DNA from: Nemertoderma westbladi
Lineage: Eukaryota > Animalia > Xenacoelomorpha
DNA length: 54,584 bases
Direction: 5' to 3'
Assembly (NCBI GenBank): GCA_032718475.1
Contig: JAUCBJ010005842.1
Coordinates: forward strand, 1-54,584
In this document: positions 24,210 to 37,552 of the stretch, piece by piece
Layout of the letters: the number at the start of each line of letters is the position of its first letter
How positions within the stretch are numbered: position 1 is the stretch's first letter
Notes under the pieces: model-generated
What the model saw: the letters and a program-made list of their open reading frames with translations, nothing else
Told to the model about the DNA's origin: nothing
Database searches by the model: none
Program-made: the position numbers and the translations under genes

Positions 24210-24994
24210 GCATCCTGACGTAGTATTCATGCTCTGGAGAACCCTGGCTGTCCCAGTTTCGCTGTGCCGACTCAAACTTGAGGCTAACAGGAACAGACAC
24301 CGATAAACTAGACGCCTACTACCGGAAGACTCTACACGGTCTCCTTCACCTTGGATCATATATAAGTAACTCGACCCTGTATCATATATGCGGCTGTCTA
24401 CCGATGTCTGTCACTGCAATCAGACAGTGTATGGGCACACTGGTAGGCACGCTGTCGTGCCCCAACACTCCATTGCAACTGGCCTTCCGCCTCTCCGCAC
24501 AACACAACTACGATAACAAGGTTGGTCCACATGCAGGTTTGCTCGGTGGCTACCACCAAGCCACTCGTACCTTTGAATTGCCCAAGTGGTACTCGATCAT
24601 GTCATTTGCTTATGACCCCCGCGCCCTCTGCTCACGCATAAACATTTGCCAACCGACACTTACGGACTAGTTCAACGGTATGTTTGTCGCCAGTTGCCTG
24701 AGTCACCAATCGAAGTCCCTTGACGTTAGGAGGAAACGAATTCTGGAATTTTACAACATGAAACACACAGCTATCATACCACAAATCATCACTACCACTA
24801 CGCTCGAATAACACTACACGTGATCCGACCTACACTGGTATCCTTGGCGCCTACCTTAGTCACTATTTGTCACTGGTTTTGGTGATGGTCTGTTACTGTT
24901 GCTATTTTATTTAATTATTGTGTATATTCGACATCATGGCCCGACCCTTTTACTATTAAAGTGCCGGCTTGACCGATTTAACGTTGAAATTAAA
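24210..24994 (+). mobile_element. Degraded non-LTR retrotransposon 3' fragment
   Basis: ORF 24278-24670 (LTGTDTDKLDAYYRKTLHGLLHL...NSTLYHICGCLP) resembles a LINE RT thumb/C-terminal region. The clade is not assigned. Confidence 0.55.
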
Positions 24995-27946
24995 TGTAGC
25001 TACTGTGGGATGTAGGTACTATGGGTTGTAGGTACTATGGGTTGTAGGTACTGTGGGTTGTAGGTACTGTGGGTTGTAGGTACTATGGGTTGTAGGTACT
25101 ATGGGTTGTAGGTACTATGGGTTGTAGGTACTATGGGTTGTAGGTACTGTGGGTTGTAGGTACTGTGGGTTGTAGGTACTATGGGTTGTAGGTACTATGG
25201 GTTGTAGGTACTATGGGTTGTAGGTACTGTGGGTTGTAGGTACTGTGGGTTGTAGTTAATGTGGGTTGTAGGTACTGTGGGTTGTAGGTACTGTGGGTTG
25301 TAGGTACTGTGGGTTGTAGGTACTGTGGGTTGTAGGTACTGTGGGTTGTAGGTACTGTGGGTTGTAGGTACTGTGGGTTGTAGGTACTGTGGGTTGTAGG
25401 TACTATGGGTTGTAGGTACTGTGGGTTGTAGGTACTGTGGGTTGTAGGTACTGTGGGTTGTAGGTACTGTGGGTTGTAGGTCTTATGGGTTGTAGGTACT
25501 GTGGGTTGTAGGTACTGTGGGTTGTAGGTACTGTGGGTTGTAGGTACTGTGGGTTGTAGGTACTATGGGTTGTAGGTACTGTGGGTTGTAGGTACTGTGG
25601 GTTGTAGCGTACTGTGGGTTGTAGGTACTGTGGGTTGTAGGTACTGTGGGTTGTAGGTACTGTGGGTTGTAGGTACTATGGGTTGTAGGTACTGTGGGTT
25701 GTAGGTACTGTGGGTTGTAGGTACTATGGGTTGTAGGTACTATGGGTTGTAGGTACTGTGGGTTGTAGGTACTGTGGGTTGTAGGTACTGTGGGTTGTAG
25801 GTACTGTGGGTTGTAGGTACTGTGGGTTGTAGGTCTTATGGGTTGTAGGTACTGTGGGTTGTAGGTACTGTGGGTTGTAGGTACTGTGGGTTGTAGGTAC
25901 TGTGGGTTGTAGGTACTGTGGGTTGTAGGTACTGTGGGTTGTAGGTACTGTGGGTTGTAGGTACTGTGGGTTGTAGGTACTGTGGGTTGTAGGTACTGTG
26001 GGTTGTAGGTACTGTGGGTTGTAGGTACTGTGGGTTGTAGGTCCTATGGGTTGTAGGTACTGTGGGTTGTAGGTACTGTGGGTTGTAGGTACTGTGGGTT
26101 GTAGGTACTGTGGGTTGTAGGTACTGTGGGTTGTAGGTACTGTGGGTTGTAGGTACTGTGGGTTGTAGGTACTATGGGTTGTAGGTACTGTGGGTTGTAG
26201 GTACTGTGGGTTGTAGGTACTGTGGGTTGTAGGTACTATGGGTTGTAGGTACTGTGGGTTGTAGGTACTGTGGGTTGTAGGTACTGTGGGTTGTAGGTAC
26301 TGTGGGTTGTAGGTACTGTGGGTTGTAGGTACTGTGGGTTGTAGGTACTATGGGTTGTAGGTACTGTGGGTTGTAGGTACTGTGGGTTGTAGGTACTATG
26401 GGTTGTAGGTACTGTGGGTTGTAGGTACTGTGGGTTGTAGGTACTGTGGGTTGTAGGTACTGTGGGTTGTAGGTACTGTGGGTTGTAGGTACTGTGGGTT
26501 GTAGGTACTATGGGTTGTAGGTACTGTGGGTTGTAGGTACTGTGGGTTGTAGGTACTGTGGGTTGTAGGTACTGTGGGTTGTAGGTACTGTGGGTTGTAG
26601 GTACTGTGGGTTGTAGGTACTGTGGGTTGTAGGTACTGTGGGTTGTAGGTACTGTGGGTTGTAGGTACTGTGGGTTGTAGGTACTGTGGGTTGTAGGTAC
26701 TAGTGGGTTGTAGGTACTGTGGGTTGTAGGTACTGTGGGTTGTAGTTAATGTGGGTTGTAGGTACTGTGGGTTGTAGGTACTGTGGGTTGTAGGTACTGT
26801 GGGTTGTAGGTACTGTGGTGTTGTAGGTACTGTGGGTTGTAGGTACTATGGGTTGTAGGTACTGTGGGTTGTAGGTACTGTGGGTTGTAGGTACTGTGGG
26901 TTGTAGGTACTGTGGGTTGTAGGTACTGTGGGTTGTAGGTACTATGGGTTGTAGGTACTGTGGGTTGTAGGTACTGTGGGTTGTAGGTACTGTGGGTTGT
27001 AGGTCTTATGGGTTGTAGGTACTGTGGGTTGTAGGTACTGTGGGTTGTAGGTACTATGGGTTGTAGGTACTGTGGGTTGTAGGTACTATGGGTTGTAGGT
27101 ACTGTGGGTTGTAGGTACTGTGGGTTGTAGGTACTATGGGTTGTAGGTACTATGGGTTGTAGGTACTGTGGGTTGTAGGTACTGTGGGTTGTAGGTACTG
27201 TGGGTTGTAGGTACTGTGGGTTGTAGGTACTGTGGGTTGTAGGTACTGTGGGTTGTAGGTACTGTGGGTTGTAGGTACTGTGGGTTGTAGGTACTGTGGG
27301 TTGTAGGTACTGTGGGTTGTAGGTACTGTGGGTTGTAGGTACTGTGGGTTGTAGGTACTATGGGTTGTAGGTACTGTGGGTTGTAGGTACTGTGGGTTGT
27401 AGGTACTGTGGGTTGTAGGTACTGTGTGTTGTAGGTACTATGGGTTGTAGGTACTATGAGTTGTAGGTACTGTGGGTTGTAGGTACTATGGGTTGTAGGT
27501 ACTGTGGGTTGTAGGTACTGTGGGTTGTAGGTACTGTGGGTTGTAGGTACTGTGGGTTGTAGGTACTGTGGGTTGTAGGTACTATGGGTTGTAGGTACTA
27601 TGGGTTGTAGGTCCTATGGGTTGTAGGTACTGTGGGTTGTAGGTACTGTGGGTTGTAGGTACTGTGGGTTGTAGGTACTGTGGGTTGTAGGTACTATGGG
27701 TTGTAGGTACTATGGGTTGTAGGTACTGTGGGTTGTAGGTACTGTGGGTTGTAGGTACTGTGGGTTGTAGGTACTGTGGGTTGTAGGTACTATGGGTTGT
27801 AGGTACTGTGGGTTGTAGGTACTGTGGGTTGTAGGTACTGTGGGTTGTATGTACTGTGGGTTGTAGGTACTGTGGGTTGTAGGTACTGTGGGTTGTAGGT
27901 ACTGTGGGTTGTAGGTACTATGAGTTGTAGGTACTATGGGTTGTAG
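24995..27946 (+). repeat. 17-bp minisatellite (TGTAGGTACTGTGGGT-T)n, about 173 units
   Basis: Direct reading. Variant units are TACTAT, GTCTTAT, GTCCTAT and GTTAAT. Confidence 0.98.
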
Positions 27947-30169
27947 GGCTCCACTGATGTAGGTAAAAGGCGCTCCATCCATAGCGGAGGTCGTAAACAT
28001 TACTTGCAGTCCTTCATGGCCGTTGACCCGTTGTAATATACTAATAAGCTAAATTATTGGTGGTGGTTTCTTAATTGGTCTATATTATATATAATCATTG
28101 AATGGGACAGGCCATACGTCCAGATTAAATAAAAGTTATTATTATTGTGATTAATATTGAAACATAGTGACATGGCCTTGCTATGGTCACCAGGCGATTT
28201 TCATAAATTTTCATTAATTTTTAATGTTACCCCTATTTATTATTCTCTCTATGAATTTTTCCATTTGTAATTATTATGGCAACGAATTAGTTATTACGGA
28301 TAGTTTATTCAATCAATATACGCTTCCCTCAATAGTATAGGGCTTATCCTTAAGTTTCAATGATCCATTGGTCTGTTACTAATGTTGTAATGCTCGTTGT
28401 AGAATATGTTTGGGAAATTATGATCCCGGAATTGTTATCGATCCAGTATTGATCCTGTTTTATAAATTCCTTTTCATAAATAATTGGCCTCCGACTTGTT
28501 AACTAACTCTTTTCCATTCAGAAACTATTGATTAGGAAATCAATTGTTTATGATTATCAAAATGGCTAGATTGAGGTCTGTATCTGCTAAGCAGTCATTT
28601 TAAACTGTTTTAATGAATATGTCATTATATTTGGGTTTATTATGAAATTAAAAACTACAGCGGTTGACCTGAACTTCATTGTTAATAATAATAAAACCGG
28701 CAAACTTCTGTTTGTATAACATAATTCATGAAAAGCAACTAAGCAAGTAATATATGTAAAAGAGTATCTAGTATACCCTTAATTCGCAAACGAAAAGGTA
28801 TCTGACAGTTATCATTACTGAAGTAGCACTGCACTCAAGGTACTTCAAGAATATAAATAGATAACTTTGGTGAGGGGGGGGGGGGGGGGGGGGGGTGGGG
28901 GGTTCGACAATCGCGTCTTTTTTTCAGAATTTCTAACTGTGTTGATATCTTTGGTTATCTTGTACTTGGTATTTAATTCCAAATCAGAACCAAAAACCAG
29001 TTGGACGCAGACATGTTTGTCAGAAGAGTAGAGTGAGAATGTAAGATTATGTGATAATATAAAGGTGTATGGGCAAAGCAACAGCAGCAGCTGGGGCATG
29101 TTAGAAATCATAACAAATCAAACAAGCTATAACAAACCAATAGGTAGTATTGACAATAAATTCCTCTGACAGCTTCTTCTTATAACCAAGTGAACAGCAG
29201 ACAAATTTTAGGGTTAGCATCTGCCACCTACTAGTGTGCGAACTACTAGTTAGTTAGTCACATCTTGGATTAATTCCATTCAGATCAAGTTTAATACTAT
29301 ATAGTAAAAAAAATATATGATATATCTGTAAGGCTTAAAGCATAAGCTCTAACATAATGTACTTCGCTTAAAGGTAAATAATTTGGGAGGCTAAGGGAGA
29401 TCAGGGCAGTGATTAATTCTCTTTAATAAGGCGGTTGGTGCAGCAAGCTTGTCCTGCTATCTGGATGGAGTGCGCTCTATCGACACATCTTATAGATTAA
29501 AGCTACACAAGGTTTCACAGCCATTCCTCCAGAAAGTGTCGGAACAGGTGGTTCTGCTGCGGCAGTCCCGATTAGGACAAAGAGATGCGGTTGTATGTAT
29601 GTGACAGGTAGAACTTTAGAATTAATGATCTGTTTGCAGCTCCGGAATCTTCTCTCCCATTTTTATCAGTTGGGACAGCATTGAGTTGATGCAATGTGTG
29701 CTAACCTGGTAGGCAAATATTACCCGCTGCCATTATTATCAGTTGCAGCCCAGCTTCAAGGCTTGTATTCTGCCTATCCTTATCCCACCAACTTAAAGTT
29801 GACCCTGCGCTGCTGTTTGACTAAATTATTTCAGGGCTGGTTGAGGTTGAACAGGCGAAAATATAGAATAAAGACCGAACTTTTCAAGCCATCGATTATA
29901 ATCAAAAAGCACTTTACCTATCAAATATGCCCATCACTCCATTACCATTGACAAATAGTATACTATGAACTTCACTAATGTGGGATGATAACGATTGCTT
30001 AGCACCTAGGCCGCACATTATTAATGCAAGAATTATTGATGATGGATCAGAATGAAATGCAAACAAACATAAAATTATGTCACTTAGGCCCGCCGCACTC
30101 TAAAGATGCTAGATGCACGACGCAAGATGCAAAAGTTTCTTTTAGAATACACTGTTTCCTATCAGACCA

Positions 30170-30727
30170 TGAGTGCCCACGAGGCATTAGTGTCCGAGGA
30201 CCTTGTCTGCAAGTGAGACGTTTGTGCCCGCGAGTTATTAGTGCCGGGCATTGTATTTGGAAGATAGGGTACATCATGCAGTATGTATTGGAAAAATGTG
30301 TGAAGGCAGACCAGCTGATAAAATGTGGGTTTGTTGGATGACGCAATTTAAGCCTTTAATCTAAAGTAAAGTACAATATGTATAAACAATCAAACGCTGT
30401 TGCTTAATCCTTATTCCTTGAAGACTTTACCACAAAACCAAATAATATAAATTCTACCATGTCTAGCCGAGGTTAATAAATTTTTTAATCATAAAAGAAT
30501 AAAAGATTCAAATTGAAAGTAAAAAGTAAAAAGGTTAAACTTAATGAGGTGCGCCAACTAAAGACTGTAAATTTGTCCTTTTGATGTTTGAAGAAAGTAA
30601 CATCGGTTCAGCAGGAACTAAAGAAGCGGGAAATATCTTCCTGGCCCTGTTGTATTACATATAGGGCTAGGCGGGCACTAATGTCTCGCGGGCACTAATG
30701 TCTCGCGGGCACTATCGTGCCCAGACC
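30170..30727. mobile_element. MITE-like element with inverted 17-bp subterminal repeats
   Basis: (GCGGGCACTAATGTCTC) x about 2.5 at 30671-30714, with degenerate reverse complements (TTAGTGCC/GTGCCCGCGAG) at 30173-30250. Confidence 0.5.
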
Positions 30728-31034
30728 ATAGCGGGTACAGGGTCAAAGTAGCAACCCAAGTCCTTGAGAATCCGGCGATGGAAAAATATTGACTGGCCAT
30801 CTGTTCAGAACAGAAGGTTGGCATAATGCTAGGTCGTGAAGAAACTGATCCTGGCAAAATAGCACATTACTGTATCAGGGTGTAGACCTTGGGTCATGTA
30901 TGTATATGTCAACGTGGTTGAGGCGATGCATGTATGTGGAGGCCATAAAGCTATGGATATGAGGCGGTATGATGTGATATAGCGAGTCCTATCACTTACT
31001 CAAGCTGGACTCTTACTGTAGAAAACACCAGATC

Positions 31035-31230
31035 CCCCAAGCGTGACACTTGAATGGAGTCAACTCCACTTTGCACGACATTGCTTTCACTTTGAGTTCC
31101 AGCCAGCGTACAATCTTGTGCATTGGGGGCGTTTTGGAGATAATTAGCATGGTAGACAGCTTATGACTTTCTTGAGCCCTTGAGGCACTTCTTCAAGGAC
31201 GTCTTTAATTAAAGATGCAGATGATTTGTG
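31035..31230 (+). mobile_element. Old RTE family B 3' fragment
   Basis: CCCCCAAGC.TGACACT, GACATTGCTTTC, AGCATGGT.GACAGC and AAGATGC.GATGAT match family B. Confidence 0.6.
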
Positions 31231-32607
31231 ATATGCATGTTATCCATCCGTGATATCCACCGACTTATGGTCGGTGGTTTGTGTGGTCTGTCATGTTAGA
31301 GAAGGGGTGGTAGGTTGCAACACCACTATATCTTGAAGTTGATTGACATATAGTGTGTGATATGTCATGGCAATCTATAAAATATCTGCCCTACTGGAGC
31401 CACCTGTGTAGTGCATAGTCAATGGGAATCAGGTTGATGGCACCACTTTCATCCTGTGGAGAATGATTTCAGCATTATGAACTTGGGATATGTCCATCGT
31501 CGATACCCTCACTCCCAATCCCGATTGCATATTTCATATTTCATATCAAAATATCTTTATCATATTTATATCTCAATTATCAATTATGATTGTAAATAGA
31601 TGGATCTCTAATACAGCTTTACATAAAAGCTTATATACCAACATGCTCACACTAGAAACAAGGAAATACAAGCAATACTAATATGATTCTTCTGCAATCC
31701 TTATTCTTCAATGGAATGATCCTTTATGTTATGCCTGCCAGTATTGTCTTGAAACGTGAACCATATTTCTGTAATGATTGATTGTGTTGTGTTAATAAAG
31801 AAAGGGCTGGCCTTGAGAATGTCATAATTCATGCATGTCACAGGCATTTCTGCATTATCTGGAACTGCTTGTACTGTATAGTCATATATAAATAATATGG
31901 TTACTACGTATTATGTTAATTTTATGTGCTGTCATTGTCTGTGCCATTCTCAATTGCCATCTAACACCAACTCTATTATTTTGTAAACATTTTTCACAAT
32001 GAATGACATTTCATCGTATGAAATAACAACTTACTGACTTCAGCTTCTATACACGCATGGAATGGTAGGTACTGCAACTGTAGCCTGTCCCTAAATAAGC
32101 GTAACACCTCCCATTTTTTATAATAATGAAATAAAATACTGTCTTCTCAATTAATATTGTAATCTAAACCTCTGTCGTGATAATCCGGAGCATTATAAAT
32201 AATAATTATTAATGGTTAACTTAATGCGGGTTAAGTAGCACTTTCTATTGAAGGTTAGGAGACTAGCTTACTGATGGTCGAGCGCTATGAAGCTTGTAAG
32301 AGCAAGAGGTATACGGTAATAAAAAAATATTATTATGTATAGGCGTTATGACGGATAACTGCTTTTAACAACTATGTATTTACATAAGTGTGTGTAACAA
32401 TAGTACCTTACTGTGTAATGATTTCACATTTTGGAATGAAATAATTATCATAATAATTGTAATAACGAATCTATCTTTAGACTGGGTAGTTTTTGTCAAA
32501 AGCTGAAGCTGGCAAAAACATGATGGATATATTTATATGTATAACCACCAAATAGCTTGAATACACTTGCATGTATTGGAAAATTGTACACGCAAATATT
32601 TATCAAT

Positions 32608-32820
32608 TGTGGGGCGAGCCACGAAAGTAATCGAGCTTATCATACCACTAACTCAATCGGTGTGTCTGGTGTTCTGTCGTTATGTTGTGTCCAATTTTAA
32701 ACGTTAATATCTCAGCCAATCCTCAATGAAATCTAACCAAACTTGGTACACATGTTGTTTGGCAAAAAGATATAAATTTTCCAAGTTGAATTCGTGTGTG
32801 ACCTTCGCGAAGCTGAGATA
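32608..32820 (-). mobile_element. Helentron-like element, short copy
   Basis: TTGTGGGGCGAGCCACGAA is the reverse complement of the 3' end at 1745-1763. It also has the AAACTTGGTAC core. Confidence 0.6.
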
Positions 32821-34117
32821 AAACAGTTAATTAGTTAATTAAGATGATTTCGGTGAAATAAATTAATAACACGAACAATAACGAAATGGAAAACAATTTA
32901 TACTAAAAGTAAAAAATGTACTATCAAATTAATTAATAATATGCAATGAACAGTTAGTTATATATATAAGTTAAATAAATCAATAGTTAAAAACTTTACC
33001 TTTAATTATTATTAATAAATCAAACTTACAAAAGATATGAAATTAAGGGAGGAAAGAAAATGTTTTGCATTGGATAATAAGATAGTCCAACCTTGTATTC
33101 CTAGGTGAGTCAAACCTGTACCCCCCCCCCCCCCCCCACACCCCACCCTACCCCCCCCACCCCTCCCATACTTAACAACCATGACAGAGGAGCCTTCGGA
33201 TTGCATCCGGTGGCTCTGAATTAAAATTTGCGTTTGACCTTACTGGCGTAAATAACCATGCCAAAATCTCTTAGATGTTCCCTGTGCAATCTCTGTACAA
33301 GCAAATTTTAACCGGTCCCTTGCTATCTAATAAAAGTAAATATGAGCTAAAAGTAAAAATAACAAATATCAATTAATTCTAGATATAATTTATAGATTAA
33401 TTCCAATGATTCCATAAAGTCTATTGAATATAGTTGAATGATAATATATAGTTATTTAGTTAGTTATCTATTAGTTATTAGAGCAGTTCTCATTGTAATT
33501 ATTTATTAATTAGTACATTAAATTAAGAGGAAAATTAATTTAACCGAATATATCCTAATGGTAAGAATTGTTCTATATGTCGCGATTTACTTATTAGATG
33601 CTTTATAGTAATTAATTGCCCATTGGCCATTTCGTTACTAAAAATTGCTTTTTAGCTGATACTTTGGCAGAGGCCTACTACACCATAGACTGCGTATTTG
33701 GGGAGGATGCTGACCAGTCTGCCGTACTCCAGTCTACTATTAGAGGGCGAAATCTTGGAAGGGTGAAAACCTTCTCCAATTCCGCTGTTTATAATGTTTT
33801 TATAACGTTAATGGCGCATGCTAACCACTGTGCAGTGCACCCCAGTTCTAAAGTTTTCTGCTAAAGGCAAAATGTATCACAGTTTATCTTCGCCCATTTT
33901 ATTATTTGTAATAATCCTGTGGAAGTGATACTTTGGCAGGTATCTACTACAACATAGCCTTAATGCTGTAATGTTGTACAGTAGGGTACCGGTACACAGT
34001 ACAGTACACGGTTTACCAGTGTAGAGTACAGTCAAGGCCTACTAAATGACAGGCCTGGCAGCCGACTGCCTGACTCAAAATCTTATGGGCCGACTTTTCA
34101 AGTATACAGTACCTGTA

Positions 34118-35012
34118 ATGTGTTAACTCCTCCTAAACTACCCTGTCTAGTACTTAAGTGATACATTATTTTCATGAGAACTATTAGTGGAATTTTGTGG
34201 GCTACATATATTGATGATTATATGAACAGGACGAGAGCAGCGAGGCTTAAAATGGATACGAGTAATATGTTAACTCCTCGAAAAAAAAAACGGTCTAGTA
34301 CTTGAGTGATATATTATTTTCATCAGAACTATTAGTGGAATGTTGTAGGCTACATATGTTGATGATTATATGAACAGGACGAGCGCAGCGAGGCTTAAAA
34401 TGGATACGAGTAATATGTTAACTCCTCGAAAAAAAAAACGGTCTAGTACTTGAGTGATATATTATTTTCATCAGAACTATTAGTGGAATGTTGTAGGCTA
34501 CATATGTTGATGATTATATGAACAGGACGAGCGCAGCGAGGCTTAAAATGGATACGAGTAATATGTTAACTCCTCGAAAAAAAAAACGGTCTAGTACTTG
34601 AGTGATATATTATTTTCATCAGAACTATTAGTGGAATGTTGTAGGCTACATATGTTGATGATTATATGAACAGGACGAGCGCAGCGAGGCTTAAAATGGA
34701 TACGAGTAATATGTTAACTCCCCGAAACAATCCGGTCTAGTACTTGAGTGATATATTATTTTCATCAGAACTATTAGTGGAATGTTGTAGGCTACATATG
34801 TTGATGATTATATGAACATGACGAGCGCAGCGAGGCTTAAAATGGATACGAGTAATATGTTAACTCCCCGAAACAATCCGGTCTAGTACTTGAGTGATAT
34901 ATTATTTTCATCAGAACTATTAGTGGAATGTTGTAGGCTACATATGTTGATGACTATATGAACAGGACGAGCGCAGCAAGGCTTAAAATGGATACGAGTA
35001 ATATTTTAACTC
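34118..35012. repeat. Tandem repeat of about 148 bp, 6 copies
   Basis: Unit starts (TGTTAACTCC) at 34121, 34268, 34416, 34564, 34712, 34858 and about 35004. Confidence 0.97.
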
Positions 35013-35198
35013 CGAGCAACCAGACTAAGTAAAAGGTGCAAGCAAGTATGTTATTTGTTTCTATTTTGTATAAGTTGAGTAACTTTTTATAAATAATTTA
35101 CAACTTGATAATTTAGAACAGTTAAAACAGTTAATAGCTTACACTGTTACTAGCACAAAGTTATAGTTTATAGAGCTATTCTAGCAAATTTATTATTA

Positions 35199-35812
35199 TT
35201 AGTCTTTGATGTAGAGGGCGTCAGATGTACGGATATCCTTTTGAGTAGTGTGTTCCCGATTGTCCTTTGTTGCAGGGTGTAGAATATTGAACGCATTAGA
35301 ATGTGCTATGGTTTTTATGTAAAACATCATTCGGTTGATACAGGGGATGAGATGAAGGTAAACAATAAAGGCGTATGTATATAATATAACGTCAAATATA
35401 TCGTTATTCGGAAGGACAAGCCCACCTCTATTAAGAATGTCTAAGTAAAAAGAATCATCAAGGTGTTCATTCACATCAGTTCGCAGTTCAGGAAATTTTC
35501 GAGCCACGTATCCAGCAATATAAAATAGTGCCATTCTCTCATCTACTCCAATCAATTCAACATTACACATAATCTGATCGAATACTTCATTGTCAATGTC
35601 TGTCAATTCCAGAATATTACATTGTTCACAGTGATGGGCGGTTAATTCAGTAGAAACGTCCAGGTCCAGTTCCATATAAAGTTTAGCAATGTCAATGCGA
35701 TGTGTATGAATGGCTTCAGCGTGAGATATTCTGCTATTTCCACCAGCTGATTGCCTCAAATGTCCGTAATGTCCTTCTAAATCATCCTGAAGAAAGTCAG
35801 CGGTTTTAACAT
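35199..35812 (-). pseudogene. P-element/THAP9-type transposase C-terminal fragment
   Basis: LQDDLEGHYGHLRQSAGGN (QDxLExxFGxxRxxGG.N motif), ALFYIAGYVARK and YLDILNRGGLVLP. The N-terminal part is absent. Confidence 0.8.
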
Positions 35813-35934
35813 ATCTATGGTCTCATCGCACACTATGCAGCAACAAGTTTTACGTTTTGCTCTTCTAAGGAAAGCAGCTTTAGACTGTTTATTTAATGTC
35901 ACACACGTTAATGTCACGTTTTGAAGTTAATTTA

Positions 35935-36669
35935 ACTAGAAAGCCAGAAAGCTGGCTATAAGAAGACCGTCTATAAGACAACAAAACCGAAAAACTAAAT
36001 CATAATCTAATCCCCAATCAAATATCAATCGCAATCAATATGTAAACGTCTCCCACCCTCCATGCAGCCTTGGAGAAAGCAGAATTAATGCCATGACCAG
36101 TTCGGAGTTCTCAATAGACAACCCACCCCAACCATTGGATTCACTGAGACACTCCGGCCAGCTTGCTACCTGTCCTCCCAGCTAGCCAGAGTTAAAGAAT
36201 TATACAACGTTGCTATGATACAGAGAAAATCCTTCCCTATTCGCTACCATAGGCAAAGTTCAGGCTGCGTGAGGGAATCTTACATATTTATACACTATTT
36301 TATTTTCAATCAATAAATAATCATACATCTTTATATTAAACACTCGAATATAATAAAAACTTTTTGAGAATGGGACACGGCGAATCGACCTGTGCTATTT
36401 TTATACAGCAAGAGCTTAATTTTACCCGCTTAAATAATTAATAACCGAAATAAGAACCCAAATAATCGATACATTTCTTTGTATAGTTAGTTGGCCACGA
36501 AGTAGAGCACTTCTTACCCTTCCAAGCCAATATCAATATGCACAAACATACAGACAAACACACAGACGTTTTTTTTTGACAGCAAGAAGCTCTCACGGTC
36601 TTCTAATAAAAATTGTTATGTTTGAAATGGTGAAGAAGCTTGGTGTACTAGAAATCCGGGCTTTCTAGT
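35935..36669 (+). mobile_element. Helentron/HINE-like non-autonomous element
   Basis: Starts ACTAGAAAGCC and has subterminal inverted repeats TATAAGAAGACCGT / ACGGTCTTCTAATA, an ACAGAC-type microsatellite and a terminal hairpin ACTAGAAA-TCCGGGC-TTTCTAGT. A reverse fragment lies at about 5549-5576. Confidence 0.65.
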
Positions 36670-37552
36670 ATATTCTATATTATTCTCTATAATACAGTAA
36701 TAATAGTAAGAGATGCATAATGTTAGACATGTGCCTGACATATGTCGAATTAATATCAAGGTAGATATTAATTATATCGTATTTCGCAAGTTGGTTCTGA
36801 GATTTCATTAATGATGCCTAATGAAAGTTTGGGTTAGGCCTACACGTTTGCTTGATTAATATGGGCATGATTAATATCGGCCGAAACTAATTAGTAACCA
36901 CCAAATAATTCTTAACGAATTGTCTTATATTAAAAGACCAGTGAGGCAATATTGTTACAAATCACTTCTGGCCGAATCAACAATGGGCAGGAAGATCTAG
37001 CAAAAATCAAAACAAAAAAATGGGAAATCATTTTACAGGTACAAAAAGTTTACTTTTCACGAATATTTTAGTATCGCTATATTAATAGGAAAGGTAAATT
37101 AATATAATGTAGCGATAATAAAAACAACAACGATGGTAAGGTATGAAAACCATGTTGTTGGATTTGTATGTACACCCATTGAAATTGATTATATCAAGGT
37201 GTCTTAATTCAGAGACACAACCCCCTTGTTTCCATCTTATTGGGTGACGTTTTGTGCTATTTGATGTTGAATGGTATGGAGTTGTTACATTTTTAATGAA
37301 ATTAATGTTTAGTTGTTTAGTAATTTAATCAATGTTTAGTTTAATTAACAACCATAATAATATTAATAGTTGGTATTAAAGTATTTACCACTTAAATATT
37401 GTATTTATCACTATGTTTAAAACACACACAAATTGTCACACGTATACTGTAACTCTTAAATGGAAACTGTTATAAATCATATCAGTTATACATCATATCA
37501 TCAGATCCTATACTTTAGAACTATGATGCAGTATGGAAGTTGTTAAGTTTTG

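Larger units (their letters stand above)
34033..35815 (-). mobile_element. P-element/THAP9-family DNA transposon remnant (3' half)
   Basis: Transposase C-terminal fragment, a P-like terminus CAAGGCCTACTAAATGACAGGCC at 34033 (recognised by resemblance) and an internal tandem array. Confidence 0.7.

Noticed and set aside
24995-27946. CRISPR array or telomeric repeat
   Set aside because: Units are contiguous with no unique spacers, there are no cas genes, and the context is eukaryotic. The unit is not a known telomere repeat and the array is interstitial.
27710-28000. 96-aa repetitive ORF (PTVPTTHSTYNPQYLQ)
   Set aside because: It is a translation of the 17-bp minisatellite.
34118-35012. Retrozyme or hammerhead ribozyme tandem repeat
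   Set aside because: CTGATGA occurs on the minus strand, but I could not find a following stem II plus GAAA or compatible stems. A covariance-model search would settle it.
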